A DNA stretch of 58,560 nt, taken from Chloroflexota bacterium (GTDB taxonomy: Bacteria; Chloroflexota; Dormibacteria; CF-121). This document shows, in pieces, positions 9,827 through 17,755 of this stretch (position 1 is the first letter of the stretch; the number at the start of each line of letters is the position of its first letter). Position numbers and translations under genes: made by a program. The notes beneath the pieces were generated by a model. That model was not told the origin of the DNA. It worked only from the letters and a program-made list of their open reading frames with translations, and did not search any database. Where the stretch lies: positions 1 to 58,560 of the forward strand of contig VBDZ01000003.1 of NCBI GenBank assembly GCA_005881215.1, read 5' to 3'.

Positions 9827-10535
9827 ATGCAAAAGCCGCCGCAACTCTTGCCCACCAAACTCGAAGATGGCCAGGCTCCGGGCATCCGCTATCGCATCGA
9901 CGGGGAGCTGGTCCCGGTGCTGCACACCTGGCTCGATGGACGGGCCCGCCGGCCCACGCGAGCGGCGCTTTAGTGCCAGGCGAGCGTTTGAGGCGTTTCT
10001 TAGCATCCCCGTTCGGGCGATGAAGGGGGCATTCAAGCGCATGGTTGCCGGCATGCCAATTTTTCTTACCGAGGCGCAGGGGCCGGGCGAGATCGCGTTT
10101 TCCCGCGATGGCGCCGGCCATCTCTTTCCGCTCCACCTGACGCCCGGGACCGCGGTGCTCGTGCGAGAGCACCAGTTCCTGGCGGCGACCGGCAATCTCG
10201 ACTACACCTTCAACCGGGTGAAGGGCGTCAGCAACATGCTCTTCGGTTCCACCGGGTTCTTCGTCGATCGCTTCAGCGCCTCGCACCAGGAGGGCGTCCT
10301 CTGGCTGCACGGCTACGGCAACGTCTTCGAGAAACAGCTGGCACCAAACGAGCAGATCGACATCGAGCCCGGTGGCTGGGTCTACCGCGACGAGACCGTT
10401 CGGATGGAGGTCCAGATGTTCGGGCTCAAGACCGGCATCTTCGGCGGCGGCGGCAATATGATCTGGAATCGATTCACCGGCCCGGGACGGGTCGGCATCC
10501 AGTCGATGTACCTGCACCTGCCGACGAGCGAGTGA
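9827..10535 (+). pseudogene. AIM24/DUF124 family gene disrupted by a +1 frameshift near 9920-9980
   Basis: AGAGGAGA RBS then MQKPPQLLPTK..YRIDGELVPVLH ending at TAG 9971-9973; the rest (KGAFKRMVAGMPIF..REHQFLAAT..LHGYGNVFE..RFTGPGRVGIQSMY) is in another frame. Confidence 0.7.
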
Positions 10536-10536
10536 T

Positions 10537-11178
10537 TTAGCGGAGTTCCTGGATCGCCGCCTTCTTTCCCTGCGGGTGGCTGTAAACGAAGCTCCCCGCC
10601 ACCAGCACGGTAGCGCCGTTCGCGATCGACTGCCGGCCGGTCGCGGCGTTGACGCCACCATCGATCTCGATGTCGAGGCTGGGATTGAGCCGGTCCCGGA
10701 GCGCCCTCGCGGCCTTGATCCGATCCAGGCTGCCGTCGATGAACTTCTGTCCGCCCCAGCCGGGGTTGACGCACATCATCACCAGCAGGTCGGCATCGTG
10801 GAGCACGGGCTCCACCAGCGCCAGGGGGCTGCCCGGATTCAGACAGACGCCGGGGCGGAGGCCGGCCTGGCGAATGGTATCGAGCACCCGGTGGATGTGA
10901 CGGGTCGCCTCCACGTGGACCGATAGCATGGTGGCCCCAGCGTCCCGGAAGGCCTCGATGGTGCGCTCCGGGTTCTCGATCATCAGGTGGACGTCAAAGG
11001 GGAGCTTCGCGTAGCGCCGGCAGTGCTCGACGGTGCGGGGCCCGATGGTAATCGGCGGAACGAAATGCCCGTCCATCACATCGAAATGCACCCAGTCGGC
11101 GCCCGCCTGCTCGAGGGCGGCCACCTCTTCTCCCAGCCGGCTGAAGTCGGCCGACAGCAGGGACGGCGCGACCAGCAC
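10537..11178 (-). CDS. rpe: Ribulose-phosphate 3-epimerase
   Basis: APSLLSADF, HFDVMDGHFVP, DVHLMI, HVEA, IEIDGGVN, LVAGS. Confidence 0.97.
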   Translation of the reverse strand: MLVAPSLLSADFSRLGEEVAALEQAGADWVHFDVMDGHFVPPITIGPRTVEHCRRYAKLPFDVHLMIENPERTIEAFRDAGATMLSVHVEATRHIHRVLDTIRQAGLRPGVCLNPGSPLALVEPVLHDADLLVMMCVNPGWGGQKFIDGSLDRIKAARALRDRLNPSLDIEIDGGVNAATGRQSIANGATVLVAGSFVYSHPQGKKAAIQELR

Positions 11179-12023
11179 TAAGAGACGGAGGGGATGCTGA
11201 TCGTGACCGGCGCGTCGAAGTGGTGGTAGTTGATGGTCACCGCCGCGATCGCGTGGATGGCAGCGCCGGCCGGCAGCCGGCTCCCCGATGGGGCGGCCGA
11301 AGCGCCCAGCGAGCCCATCAGCTGGTTGAGATCCACGGTGTAGTCCGCGTTGACACTGACCCGCCGGACCAGGTGGTCATCCTTGCCGAACCAGACGTCG
11401 ATCGTCATGGTGCCGCTGTCCAGGACCTGCTTGACCGCGGCCAGCGCCTGGGGGGTCATGGAGGGACGTTTTGCCAGGCTGGCGAGCAGCTTGTCCTTGT
11501 CCGGGGTCAGCTGGTAGTGATGAACGGTCGCGCCGGCGAGTGAGGTATCGCCCAGGTCCTTGATCGACTTGACGTTCTTCAGGTACTGGTCGTAGGAGAG
11601 CGGATCCGGCTGCCCCAGCTGATCGGTGAGGTTGCCGGATTGCGCGGACGCTTCCCATTTTTGGGTGAGCGGGTTCTTCACGTAGGCCTTGCCGTTGGCG
11701 ACAGTCACTTCCGTCGCGATCGACAAGCCCGCCATCTTGGCGTTGACCGTCATGTGGTACCGGTCCGGGAACTGGGCTTCGCCATTGCCGCTCAGGTCCA
11801 CCGTCAGCGTGCCGTTGGCGCCGCTCTGCCCGAACATCTGCGCCATCTGCGGCGGGAACGTCATCGCCACGTGGCCCTGCAGGTCGAACTTCGCCGACTT
11901 CAACTGGCTGGCCCGTTGGGCGGCACCGGACAGCGCCTGCTGAGGCGTTTCCGGTTTGGCCAGCGGCGAGGCGCAGGCCGTCAGGGCGATTACGGTCAGC
12001 AGGCTCGCGAGGAGGCGTTTCAT
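11178..12023 (-). CDS. LppX/LprAFG-like lipoprotein
   Basis: MKRLLASLLTVIALTAC lipobox; beta-rich; GDTSLAGATVHHYQ, DVWFGKDDHLVRR. Confidence 0.75.
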   Translation of the reverse strand: MKRLLASLLTVIALTACASPLAKPETPQQALSGAAQRASQLKSAKFDLQGHVAMTFPPQMAQMFGQSGANGTLTVDLSGNGEAQFPDRYHMTVNAKMAGLSIATEVTVANGKAYVKNPLTQKWEASAQSGNLTDQLGQPDPLSYDQYLKNVKSIKDLGDTSLAGATVHHYQLTPDKDKLLASLAKRPSMTPQALAAVKQVLDSGTMTIDVWFGKDDHLVRRVSVNADYTVDLNQLMGSLGASAAPSGSRLPAGAAIHAIAAVTINYHHFDAPVTISIPSVS

Positions 12024-12049
12024 CGGACTTCCTGAGTATATCGGCGCGC

Positions 12050-12553
12050 TCAGACTAATCCCTTCGCGGCTTCCAGCCACGCGGGGAAGTCGGCGAGTCG
12101 CGTGATCACGTGGGTGGGCGTAACGCCGGCGATCTCGATCGCCCCCGGGTGTTTCAGCCAGATCGCGGGAATCCCCGCGTTCAAGGCACCCGCGATATCG
12201 GTGTCCAGCCGATCGCCCACCATGCAGGTCGCAGCCAGCGGGACACCCAACCGTCGCGCGCCCTCCGTGTAAATCGCCGGCTCGGGCTTGGCTTTGCCGA
12301 AGTCCCTCGAGGTGACGAGCGCGTCAATCAACGACCGCATGCCGGCCTGCTCCAGGACCTTCGCCAGCTCCGCGTCGCCGGAGCCGACCGTGTTGGAGAT
12401 CACGCCCAGCCGGTAGCGTGGCTTCAACGCCGACAACACCTCCAGCGCGCCGGCAATCGGCGTGATCGCCATCTCCCAGAGGTGCTTTCCCGGCTCCTCG
12501 ACCACCAGCGTGTTACCGGCGTCGAAGAATACGCCCCGCAGCTCGGAGGGCAT
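12050..12553 (-). CDS. HAD-superfamily hydrolase
   Basis: FFDAGNTL, VISNT, KPEPAIY, MVGDRLDTDIAGA; TGATG overlap with rlmN. Confidence 0.9.
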   Translation of the reverse strand: MPSELRGVFFDAGNTLVVEEPGKHLWEMAITPIAGALEVLSALKPRYRLGVISNTVGSGDAELAKVLEQAGMRSLIDALVTSRDFGKAKPEPAIYTEGARRLGVPLAATCMVGDRLDTDIAGALNAGIPAIWLKHPGAIEIAGVTPTHVITRLADFPAWLEAAKGLV

Positions 12554-13641
12554 CAGGCGGGCGACGGGGCGCTCTGCAATTGCCGGGCCCGCAGCTGGCC
12601 ACACGCCGCATCGATGTCGAGCCCACGGGTGGCGCGGATCGTCGTCGAGATTCCGGCTGTCTGCAGCACAGCTTGAAACGCCTGGGCGCGCGATTTCGAC
12701 GGCGGGGCGAGCGGGCTGCCCTCGATCGGGTTCATCGGGATCAGGTTGACGTGACTCAGGCCGTGGTTGACGATCTTTGCCAGCCGGTTCGCTTGCTCAA
12801 CGCTGTCGTTGACGCCCTGGAGCAGGACGTACTCATAACTGATGCGGCGACCGGTGCGCTCGGCATGGGCGCGTGCCGCACCGGTGATGGCGGCGATCGG
12901 GTACTTGCGGTTCACCGGAATCATCCGGCTGCGCAGCTCATCGTCCGGTGCGTGCAGCGAGATCGCCAGGTTGACGGGCAGGCCCTCGGCCGTGAGTCGT
13001 TCGATGAAGGGAACCAGGCCGATGGTCGACACGGTGACTCGCCGCGGACTGAAGTTGAGCGTGTCGGCGCGCGCCCAGCGACGGATCGCGCCCACCACCG
13101 CGGCGTAATTGTTCATCGGCTCGCCCATCCCCATGAAGACCACGTTGGTCAGGGATCGCTGGCCTTCGCCGAGATCCCGGCTGGCCATCAGGAACTGGTC
13201 GACGATCTCGGCTTCGCTGAGATTTCGATCGAAGCCGGACTGCCCGGTGGCGCAGAAGCTACACCCGATCGGGCAACCGACCTGCGAGCTGACGCAGATC
13301 GTGGTCCGCGCCCGCGACCGCTGGGTGGCGTCATAGTGCATGACGACCGTTTCGATCGTCTTTCCATCTCGCAGCTTGAAGAGGTACTTGGCCGTCTGGC
13401 CGCGATCGGCTACCCGCTTGAGGTGCGGGGTCACGCTGCTGAAGGTGTACGACGTTTCCAGCAGCCGGCGGGTCGCGGTTGGCAACGTCCGCATCGCGCC
13501 AAACGACGGGGCGAGCTGTCGCCAGAACCATTGGCGGGCCTGGTCGGCACGGAACGAGGCCTCCCCCGCGGCAGCTAGCCGATCCCGCAGCTGTTGCGAA
13601 TCCGCCGTCGCGAACGGCGCCGCCTCAGTTGCTGCGGCGAT
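12553..13641 (-). CDS. rlmN: Radical-SAM rRNA/tRNA methyltransferase RlmN; start uncertain (ATC 13641, ACG 13608 or CTG 13590)
   Basis: CVSSQVGCPIGCSFCATG, FMGMGEP, ISLHAP, YEYVLL, NLIP, DIDAACGQL; the N-terminal 'GEASFRADQARQW' helix lies upstream of the track ATG at 13494. Confidence 0.92.
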   Translation of the reverse strand: MAAATEAAPFATADSQQLRDRLAAAGEASFRADQARQWFWRQLAPSFGAMRTLPTATRRLLETSYTFSSVTPHLKRVADRGQTAKYLFKLRDGKTIETVVMHYDATQRSRARTTICVSSQVGCPIGCSFCATGQSGFDRNLSEAEIVDQFLMASRDLGEGQRSLTNVVFMGMGEPMNNYAAVVGAIRRWARADTLNFSPRRVTVSTIGLVPFIERLTAEGLPVNLAISLHAPDDELRSRMIPVNRKYPIAAITGAARAHAERTGRRISYEYVLLQGVNDSVEQANRLAKIVNHGLSHVNLIPMNPIEGSPLAPPSKSRAQAFQAVLQTAGISTTIRATRGLDIDAACGQLRARQLQSAPSPA

Positions 13642-14341
13642 TTCCGAGCACGAGTGACGCGTAGTACAGCAGGGTCAGGATGGCGCCGAACAACGCGACC
13701 CAATAGGTGAAGGCCGCCGCCCGCAGCATGCGACGCGCGCCCTCCTGTTCCTCCGGATAGATCGCGCCGTTGTCGGTCAGCAGGCGGAGCGCCCGCCGGC
13801 TGGCATTCAGTTCGACCGGCGTCGTAATCAGCTGGAAAACGACCGCGGCAGCGAACAGCGCCAGACCGACCAGGGCGACGTAGAACCCGAAATTCGTTCG
13901 GGTAAAGACCGACAGGAAGAGGCCGGCGATGACAATGATCGGACCGGCCTGCGAACCCAGGTTCGCGGCAGGAACCAGGTCGGACCGCCAGCGCATCGCG
14001 AAATACCCCTGCCGGTCCTGCTGGGCGTGGCCAATCTCATGCGCGACCACCGCCTCGGCAGCAACCGAGGTCCCCAACGCGACCTCCCGCGACAGGTTGA
14101 GGGTCTTGGTCTTGGGGTCGTAGTTGTCGCTCAGCTCGCCATCGATCACCTGGATGGTGACGTCGTCAAGTCCGGCACCGCTCAAAATCCGGCGGGCGAC
14201 GTCGACCCCCGTCTGGCCGCTCGAATTGCGGACCTGGGAGTAGCGCTGGTAGGTCCGCTTGACCCAACTGCTCGCCAGGAAGCTGAGCACCATGATCGGC
14301 AGCGCGACATAGAGCAAGTAGCCCCAGCCGAAGAAAAACAT
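13625..14341 (-). CDS. Membrane zinc metallopeptidase (YugP-like)
   Basis: LSDNYDP, AHEIGHAQQ (HExxH), VELNASRRA, AAFTYW; TAAAAT 9 nt before ATG. Confidence 0.92.
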   Translation of the reverse strand: MFFFGWGYLLYVALPIMVLSFLASSWVKRTYQRYSQVRNSSGQTGVDVARRILSGAGLDDVTIQVIDGELSDNYDPKTKTLNLSREVALGTSVAAEAVVAHEIGHAQQDRQGYFAMRWRSDLVPAANLGSQAGPIIVIAGLFLSVFTRTNFGFYVALVGLALFAAAVVFQLITTPVELNASRRALRLLTDNGAIYPEEQEGARRMLRAAAFTYWVALFGAILTLLYYASLVLGNRRSN

Positions 14342-14481
14342 TGTGCTCGAATTTTACCCTCGGCCCGACGGCCCAATCACCGCCGCTTCGTCGACATCCT
14401 TCCGCCGAGTCGTGGCCGGCTCGTCACTCTGGGTGAACGGTTTCCCGGACAGGCGGTCGTTTCACCCTCATCGGGACGCCA

Positions 14482-14631
14482 ATGCTGGAAGAGCCTCAGC
14501 GACTCACCATGTCGGACGTCTTCAGCCTCTTCGGACGCCAGGCCGAGGACACCCGCTGGGTGGCTTCCGCAGATTCGCAAGAATACCTGGCCGTCGTCCT
14601 TTATCTGGTACAGCGGAATAACACCCGCTGA
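14482..14631 (+). CDS. Unannotated 49-aa microprotein, copy 1
   Basis: MLEEPQRLTMSDVFSLFGRQAEDTRWVASADSQEYLAVVLYLVQRNNTR; 27/40 identical to copy 2 with many synonymous changes. Alternative ATG at 14509. Confidence 0.75.
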   Translation: MLEEPQRLTMSDVFSLFGRQAEDTRWVASADSQEYLAVVLYLVQRNNTR

Positions 14632-14673
14632 TCCGCCCCACAGGTGGGGGTGGTTCATGATAGTATCTCTGTT

Positions 14674-14690
14674 AGCTTAACTGTTAAGCT
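14674..14690. promoter_or_regulatory. Perfect inverted repeat AGCTTAAC-T-GTTAAGCT, candidate operator
   Basis: 8-bp arms with a 1-nt spacer in an AT-rich patch 16 nt upstream of microprotein 2; overlaps a TAAGCT -10 candidate. Confidence 0.55.
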
Positions 14691-14706
14691 GGTATCAGGT
14701 TTAGAG

Positions 14707-14847
14707 ATGTCAGAGAAATTGACCCTCAGCGAGCTCTTCGCCCTCTTCGGGCGAACCACCGACGATACCCGTTGGGTGGGATCGGCCGATTCCGAGGAAT
14801 ACCTGGCCGTCGTCACCTATCTCGTCCAGCGATCGAGCGCTCGATAG
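14707..14847 (+). CDS. Unannotated 46-aa microprotein, copy 2
   Basis: MSEKLTLSELFALFGRTTDDTRWVGSADSEEYLAVVTYLVQRSSAR; C-terminal part of track ORF 14644..14847. Confidence 0.75.
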   Translation: MSEKLTLSELFALFGRTTDDTRWVGSADSEEYLAVVTYLVQRSSAR

Positions 14848-14959
14848 GCGCCGTCACAACCTAGCCACGACTGCGCCACGACCCGTCTGTTCGCAGGGCA
14901 GGTCGCGTTATAGGGCTCATACTCGGGCTACCGGCGAGCGTTCGCCGTACTGAGAAACC

Positions 14960-15151
14960 ATGATCACCATCTTGGCGGCGCGGATCCGAATGCTGTTCGG
15001 CTGGTCTGACAACGAACGCGGTCAGGCCCTGATCGAGTACTCGCTGATCATGTGCTTGATCGTCATCGTGGTGCTGATCACCCTGATCGTGTTGGGCAAT
15101 CAGGTGCGCAACACCTACTGCAACATTCAGGGCGCCGTCATCAGCGCCTAG
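14960..15151 (+). CDS. Flp/Fap family type IVb pilin
   Basis: Leader ending ERG|QALIEY (G cleavage site, E+5, Y+6) then a hydrophobic helix; 63 aa. Confidence 0.88.
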   Translation: MITILAARIRMLFGWSDNERGQALIEYSLIMCLIVIVVLITLIVLGNQVRNTYCNIQGAVISA

Positions 15152-15671
15152 CCTCGCCCCCGCCCTTCTCCACCTCGACCGCCGGGTTTCCCATCACCAC
15201 GCTCTCCGCTCGAACGTCGCCGGCCACCAGCGCACCCCAGCGGACCACGGCGCCCTCGCCCACGGACACGCCCTTGAGGATCGTCGCCTTCCCCTGAATC
15301 CACGCACTCGGGCCAATGCGGATCGGCCGGCGCAGCACGGCTTCCCCGGCCTGGCGCCGAGCCGGCCCAACGGCATGAAAATCCGTGTCGACCAGAAGGC
15401 AGGGACCAAGCACGGCATCGTCGCCGACGGTAATGGTGCTGGCGGACATCAACCCGGCGCCGTCGATTTCGACCCGGTCACCGATTTCGATGCGCGCGTC
15501 GCGGCCAAAGGTGAGGAAGGCGGTCCGGCCGGAGCGATTGCGCACCATAACGTCTCGCCCGAAGATCACCCGTCCCGGGCCGCGGATGCGCAGCCGGGCG
15601 GGACCGTGGAACCCCGCACCGAAGGTATGCCGGGGGTAGCGGAGGCGAAGGTACAGGGTGCTGAGGCTCAC
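15141..15671 (-). CDS. Hexapeptide-repeat (LbetaH) acyltransferase
   Basis: IEIGDRV, ITVGDDAVLGP, DTDFH, IRIGPSAWI, GVSVGEGAVV, VMGNPA. Confidence 0.85.
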   Translation of the reverse strand: MSLSTLYLRLRYPRHTFGAGFHGPARLRIRGPGRVIFGRDVMVRNRSGRTAFLTFGRDARIEIGDRVEIDGAGLMSASTITVGDDAVLGPCLLVDTDFHAVGPARRQAGEAVLRRPIRIGPSAWIQGKATILKGVSVGEGAVVRWGALVAGDVRAESVVMGNPAVEVEKGGGEARR

Positions 15672-15683
15672 GGGTGGGGGCTC

Positions 15684-15767
15684 TGCCCGGGAAGGGATTT
15701 GAACCCTTACAAGCTTGCGCTCACAGCCCCCTCAAAGCTGCGTGTCTACCAATTCCACCACCCGGGC
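15684..15767 (-). tRNA. tRNA-Leu(GAG), long variable arm, CCA not encoded
   Basis: Reverse complement GCCCGGGTGGTGGAATTGGTAGACACGCAGCTTTGAGGGGGCTGTGAGCGCAAGCTTGTAAGGGTTCAAATCCCTTCCCGGGCA folds as a cloverleaf. Confidence 0.95.
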
Positions 15768-15879
15768 GAGGGCGTCTGAGATTTTAGCGCCTCTCTCCCT
15801 CCCCCGCGCCAATCAGCCCGTCCGGATGGGCCGAGCGACCGATTCTCCGTCCGGCAGGCGTCGCTAGGCTGACGGCATG

Positions 15880-15910
15880 GGGGCGCGAGAGGCACCGCTC
15901 GCGCCTCTTT
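15880..15910 (+). terminator. GC-rich 10-bp hairpin followed by T-rich run
   Basis: GGGGCGCGAG-(8 nt)-CTCGCGCCTC then TTTCCATTT. Confidence 0.45.
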
Positions 15911-16045
15911 CCATTTGATCGACGACTCTGTAACAAGGGTCGTAAGCCTGCCTCTTTAGTGTTGGACCGAACTCGACCGGCGACCGGGCTGGTGTGACCC
16001 TGACGCGACAAGAGTCATCACATCGTAAAGAGGAATCGTAAGGAA

Positions 16046-16912
16046 ATGAACGACGAGAGCCATATATCTTTGCCGGCTCTCCACGAGGACCTGAGCCAGC
16101 AGCAGCAGGTCCAAATCCATGGCGGCCGGTCGGCAGCGCGACGCGCGATGGCCGCCGGAAGAGAGGGGTTAAACATCGTCAACCGGTACCGGATTCTGAT
16201 CGTCGACGATGATGCCATGGCCCGCGAGATCCTGAAGCGGATTCTCGAGCACGCCGGCTACGAGGTCATGACCGCCGGCAGTGGTCCGGAGGCGCTGCGG
16301 AAATTGCACGAGGGCATTCCGCACCTCGTGGTCGTCGACCTGATGATGCCGGAGATGGACGGCTTTGAGCTCTGCCGCCGGATCAAGAGCCACCTCGACG
16401 TCCCGATCGTCATCTTGAGCGCGGTGGCCGCGGTCGAGAGCAAGGTCGAGGGGTTGCAGATGTACGCCGAGGATTACATCGTCAAACCGTTCGAGAAAGA
16501 AGAGCTGGTCGCCCGCGTGCAGCGGGTGCTCCGCCGCTATGGCGAATCGGCGGGCGTCGAGCAGCCCGAAGTCGTCATCGACCAGGACCTTCAGATCAAC
16601 TTCGTGCAGCACTGGGCGCGCGTGAAGGGCCAGCAGGTCACCCTCACGCCGACGGAGTCCAAACTGCTCTTCCTCCTGGTTCGCAACGCCGGTCGGGTCG
16701 TCACCAACGAGACCCTGCTGGCGAAGGCCTGGGCCGGCGATGAGGAAGCCTACGAGGAGGGACTTCGGGTGCACATCTCCCGTCTGCGCAGCAAGATCGA
16801 GCCGAATCCAAGCAAGCCTGTCTACATCCAGACCAAGCGCGGCGTCGGGTATCGTTTCGGCGCCAAAGTCAACTACCCGGCTGGGCAAGAGCCCATGGCG
16901 CTCGCGGGATGA
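16046..16912 (+). CDS. OmpR/PhoB-family response regulator; start uncertain (16046, 16148 or ATC 16175)
   Basis: ILIVDDD, VVDLMMPEMDG, EDYIVKPF; winged helix LTPTE..LL..L..N.GRVV...LL..W...LRVHISRLRSKIE...IQTKRGVGYRF. Confidence 0.93.
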   Translation: MNDESHISLPALHEDLSQQQQVQIHGGRSAARRAMAAGREGLNIVNRYRILIVDDDAMAREILKRILEHAGYEVMTAGSGPEALRKLHEGIPHLVVVDLMMPEMDGFELCRRIKSHLDVPIVILSAVAAVESKVEGLQMYAEDYIVKPFEKEELVARVQRVLRRYGESAGVEQPEVVIDQDLQINFVQHWARVKGQQVTLTPTESKLLFLLVRNAGRVVTNETLLAKAWAGDEEAYEEGLRVHISRLRSKIEPNPSKPVYIQTKRGVGYRFGAKVNYPAGQEPMALAG

Positions 16913-17139
16913 ACCTCCGCACGATTGGGCTCGGCCTCATCGTGTTCGTCCTCTCCTTCCCCCTCTTCTTGCACTAGAAGGACGCTGTCCGCCGGACCCC
17001 AACCGTCAGCGCCGAGCTCATCACCCTCAGCCCTCGGAACCAGACCTACACCATGGCCTTAACCGGTGCCTCCAGTCAGTTCACGCAGTTGCGGGATGGC
17101 GCCCTTCACGACCTGCGCAGCTCGTGGCGCTGGAACTAG
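16909..17139 (+). pseudogene. Short ORF coupled to the regulator, with an internal TAG after a hydrophobic N-terminus
   Basis: ATGA overlap; MNLRTIGLGLIVFVLSFPLFLH*(16975-16977)KDAVRRTPTV...WRWN*. Confidence 0.3.
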
Positions 17140-17157
17140 ACGTCTACACTCCTCCCC

Positions 17158-17751
17158 GTGGCCCACGCCCTCGGACTTGGCTTCACCGTCTTCACCATCA
17201 TCTTTCTGCTCGAGCTTCCGGATAAGACGGCGCTCGCCACCCTGCTACTGGCGACCCGGCATCGTCCATTGCCAATCTTTCTCGGATCCGCGGCCGCGTT
17301 TGTGATCCAGAGCGCGGTGGCGGTGGCGGCCGGCTCGGTGCTGAGCCTGCTGCCTCGAGAACCGATCCGGATCGGAGCCGGCGTCCTCTTTCTCCTGATG
17401 GCGGCGGTGATCGTGCGACAGAACCTCAAAAAGGAAGAGGTCAAGGAGGCGAGCGAGATCGAACGGGAGGAGCAACGGCACCGACGACCCTTTGCGACGG
17501 CATTCCTGCTGGTCTTCGTCGCGGAATGGGGCGACCTCACGCAGCTCGCCACCGCCGCCCTGCAGGCGCGCTACCGAGACGCGCTGACGGTTTTCGCGTC
17601 CGCCACCATCGCGTTGTGGGCCGTGGCGGCGATTGCCGTGGTCCTCGGAAATCGGCTCGGCGCCTGGATCCCGCAGCGCCCCCTGCAGTTCGCCGCCGCC
17701 GGCGTGATGGTGCTCGCCGCGATCGCGCTGATCAGCGGCATCCTCGGCTAG
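17158..17751 (+). CDS. TMEM165/GDT1 (UPF0016) Mn2+/Ca2+ transporter
   Basis: Two ExxDxT motifs (ELPDKT, EWGDLT); TACACT 7 nt before GTG suggests a leaderless transcript. Confidence 0.9.
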   Translation: MAHALGLGFTVFTIIFLLELPDKTALATLLLATRHRPLPIFLGSAAAFVIQSAVAVAAGSVLSLLPREPIRIGAGVLFLLMAAVIVRQNLKKEEVKEASEIEREEQRHRRPFATAFLLVFVAEWGDLTQLATAALQARYRDALTVFASATIALWAVAAIAVVLGNRLGAWIPQRPLQFAAAGVMVLAAIALISGILG

Positions 17752-17755
17752 CGAC

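Noticed and set aside
12553-14847. RiPP cluster made of the radical SAM enzyme, peptidase and microproteins
   Set aside because: The radical SAM enzyme has all RlmN motifs, YugP-like peptidases are housekeeping, and there is no transporter or leader/core pattern.
14482-14847. CRISPR or non-coding direct repeat explanation for the duplicated segment
   Set aside because: Only two copies, and differences concentrate at synonymous positions, which indicates coding paralogues.
15684-15767. Prophage or integrative element at tRNA-Leu
   Set aside because: No integrase and no duplicated tRNA 3' end were seen in the window.
14674-16175. CtrA boxes (TTAA-N7-TTAA) near flp and the OmpR regulator
   Set aside because: The TTAA pair at 14677/14684 is spaced by 3 nt, not 7; no proper box was found.
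16161-16177. ATC start for the OmpR regulator as further non-canonical evidence
   Set aside because: An SD-like GAGAGGGG precedes it, but in-frame ATGs at 16046 and 16148 exist, so it is ambiguous.
16975-16977. Pyrrolysine readthrough of the in-frame TAG
   Set aside because: No pyl genes or methylamine methyltransferase context; a short peptide or nonsense mutation is simpler.
17040-17157. yybP-ykoY Mn riboswitch before the TMEM165 gene
   Set aside because: The -10 box sits 7 nt before GTG, leaving no leader, and no consensus was recognised.
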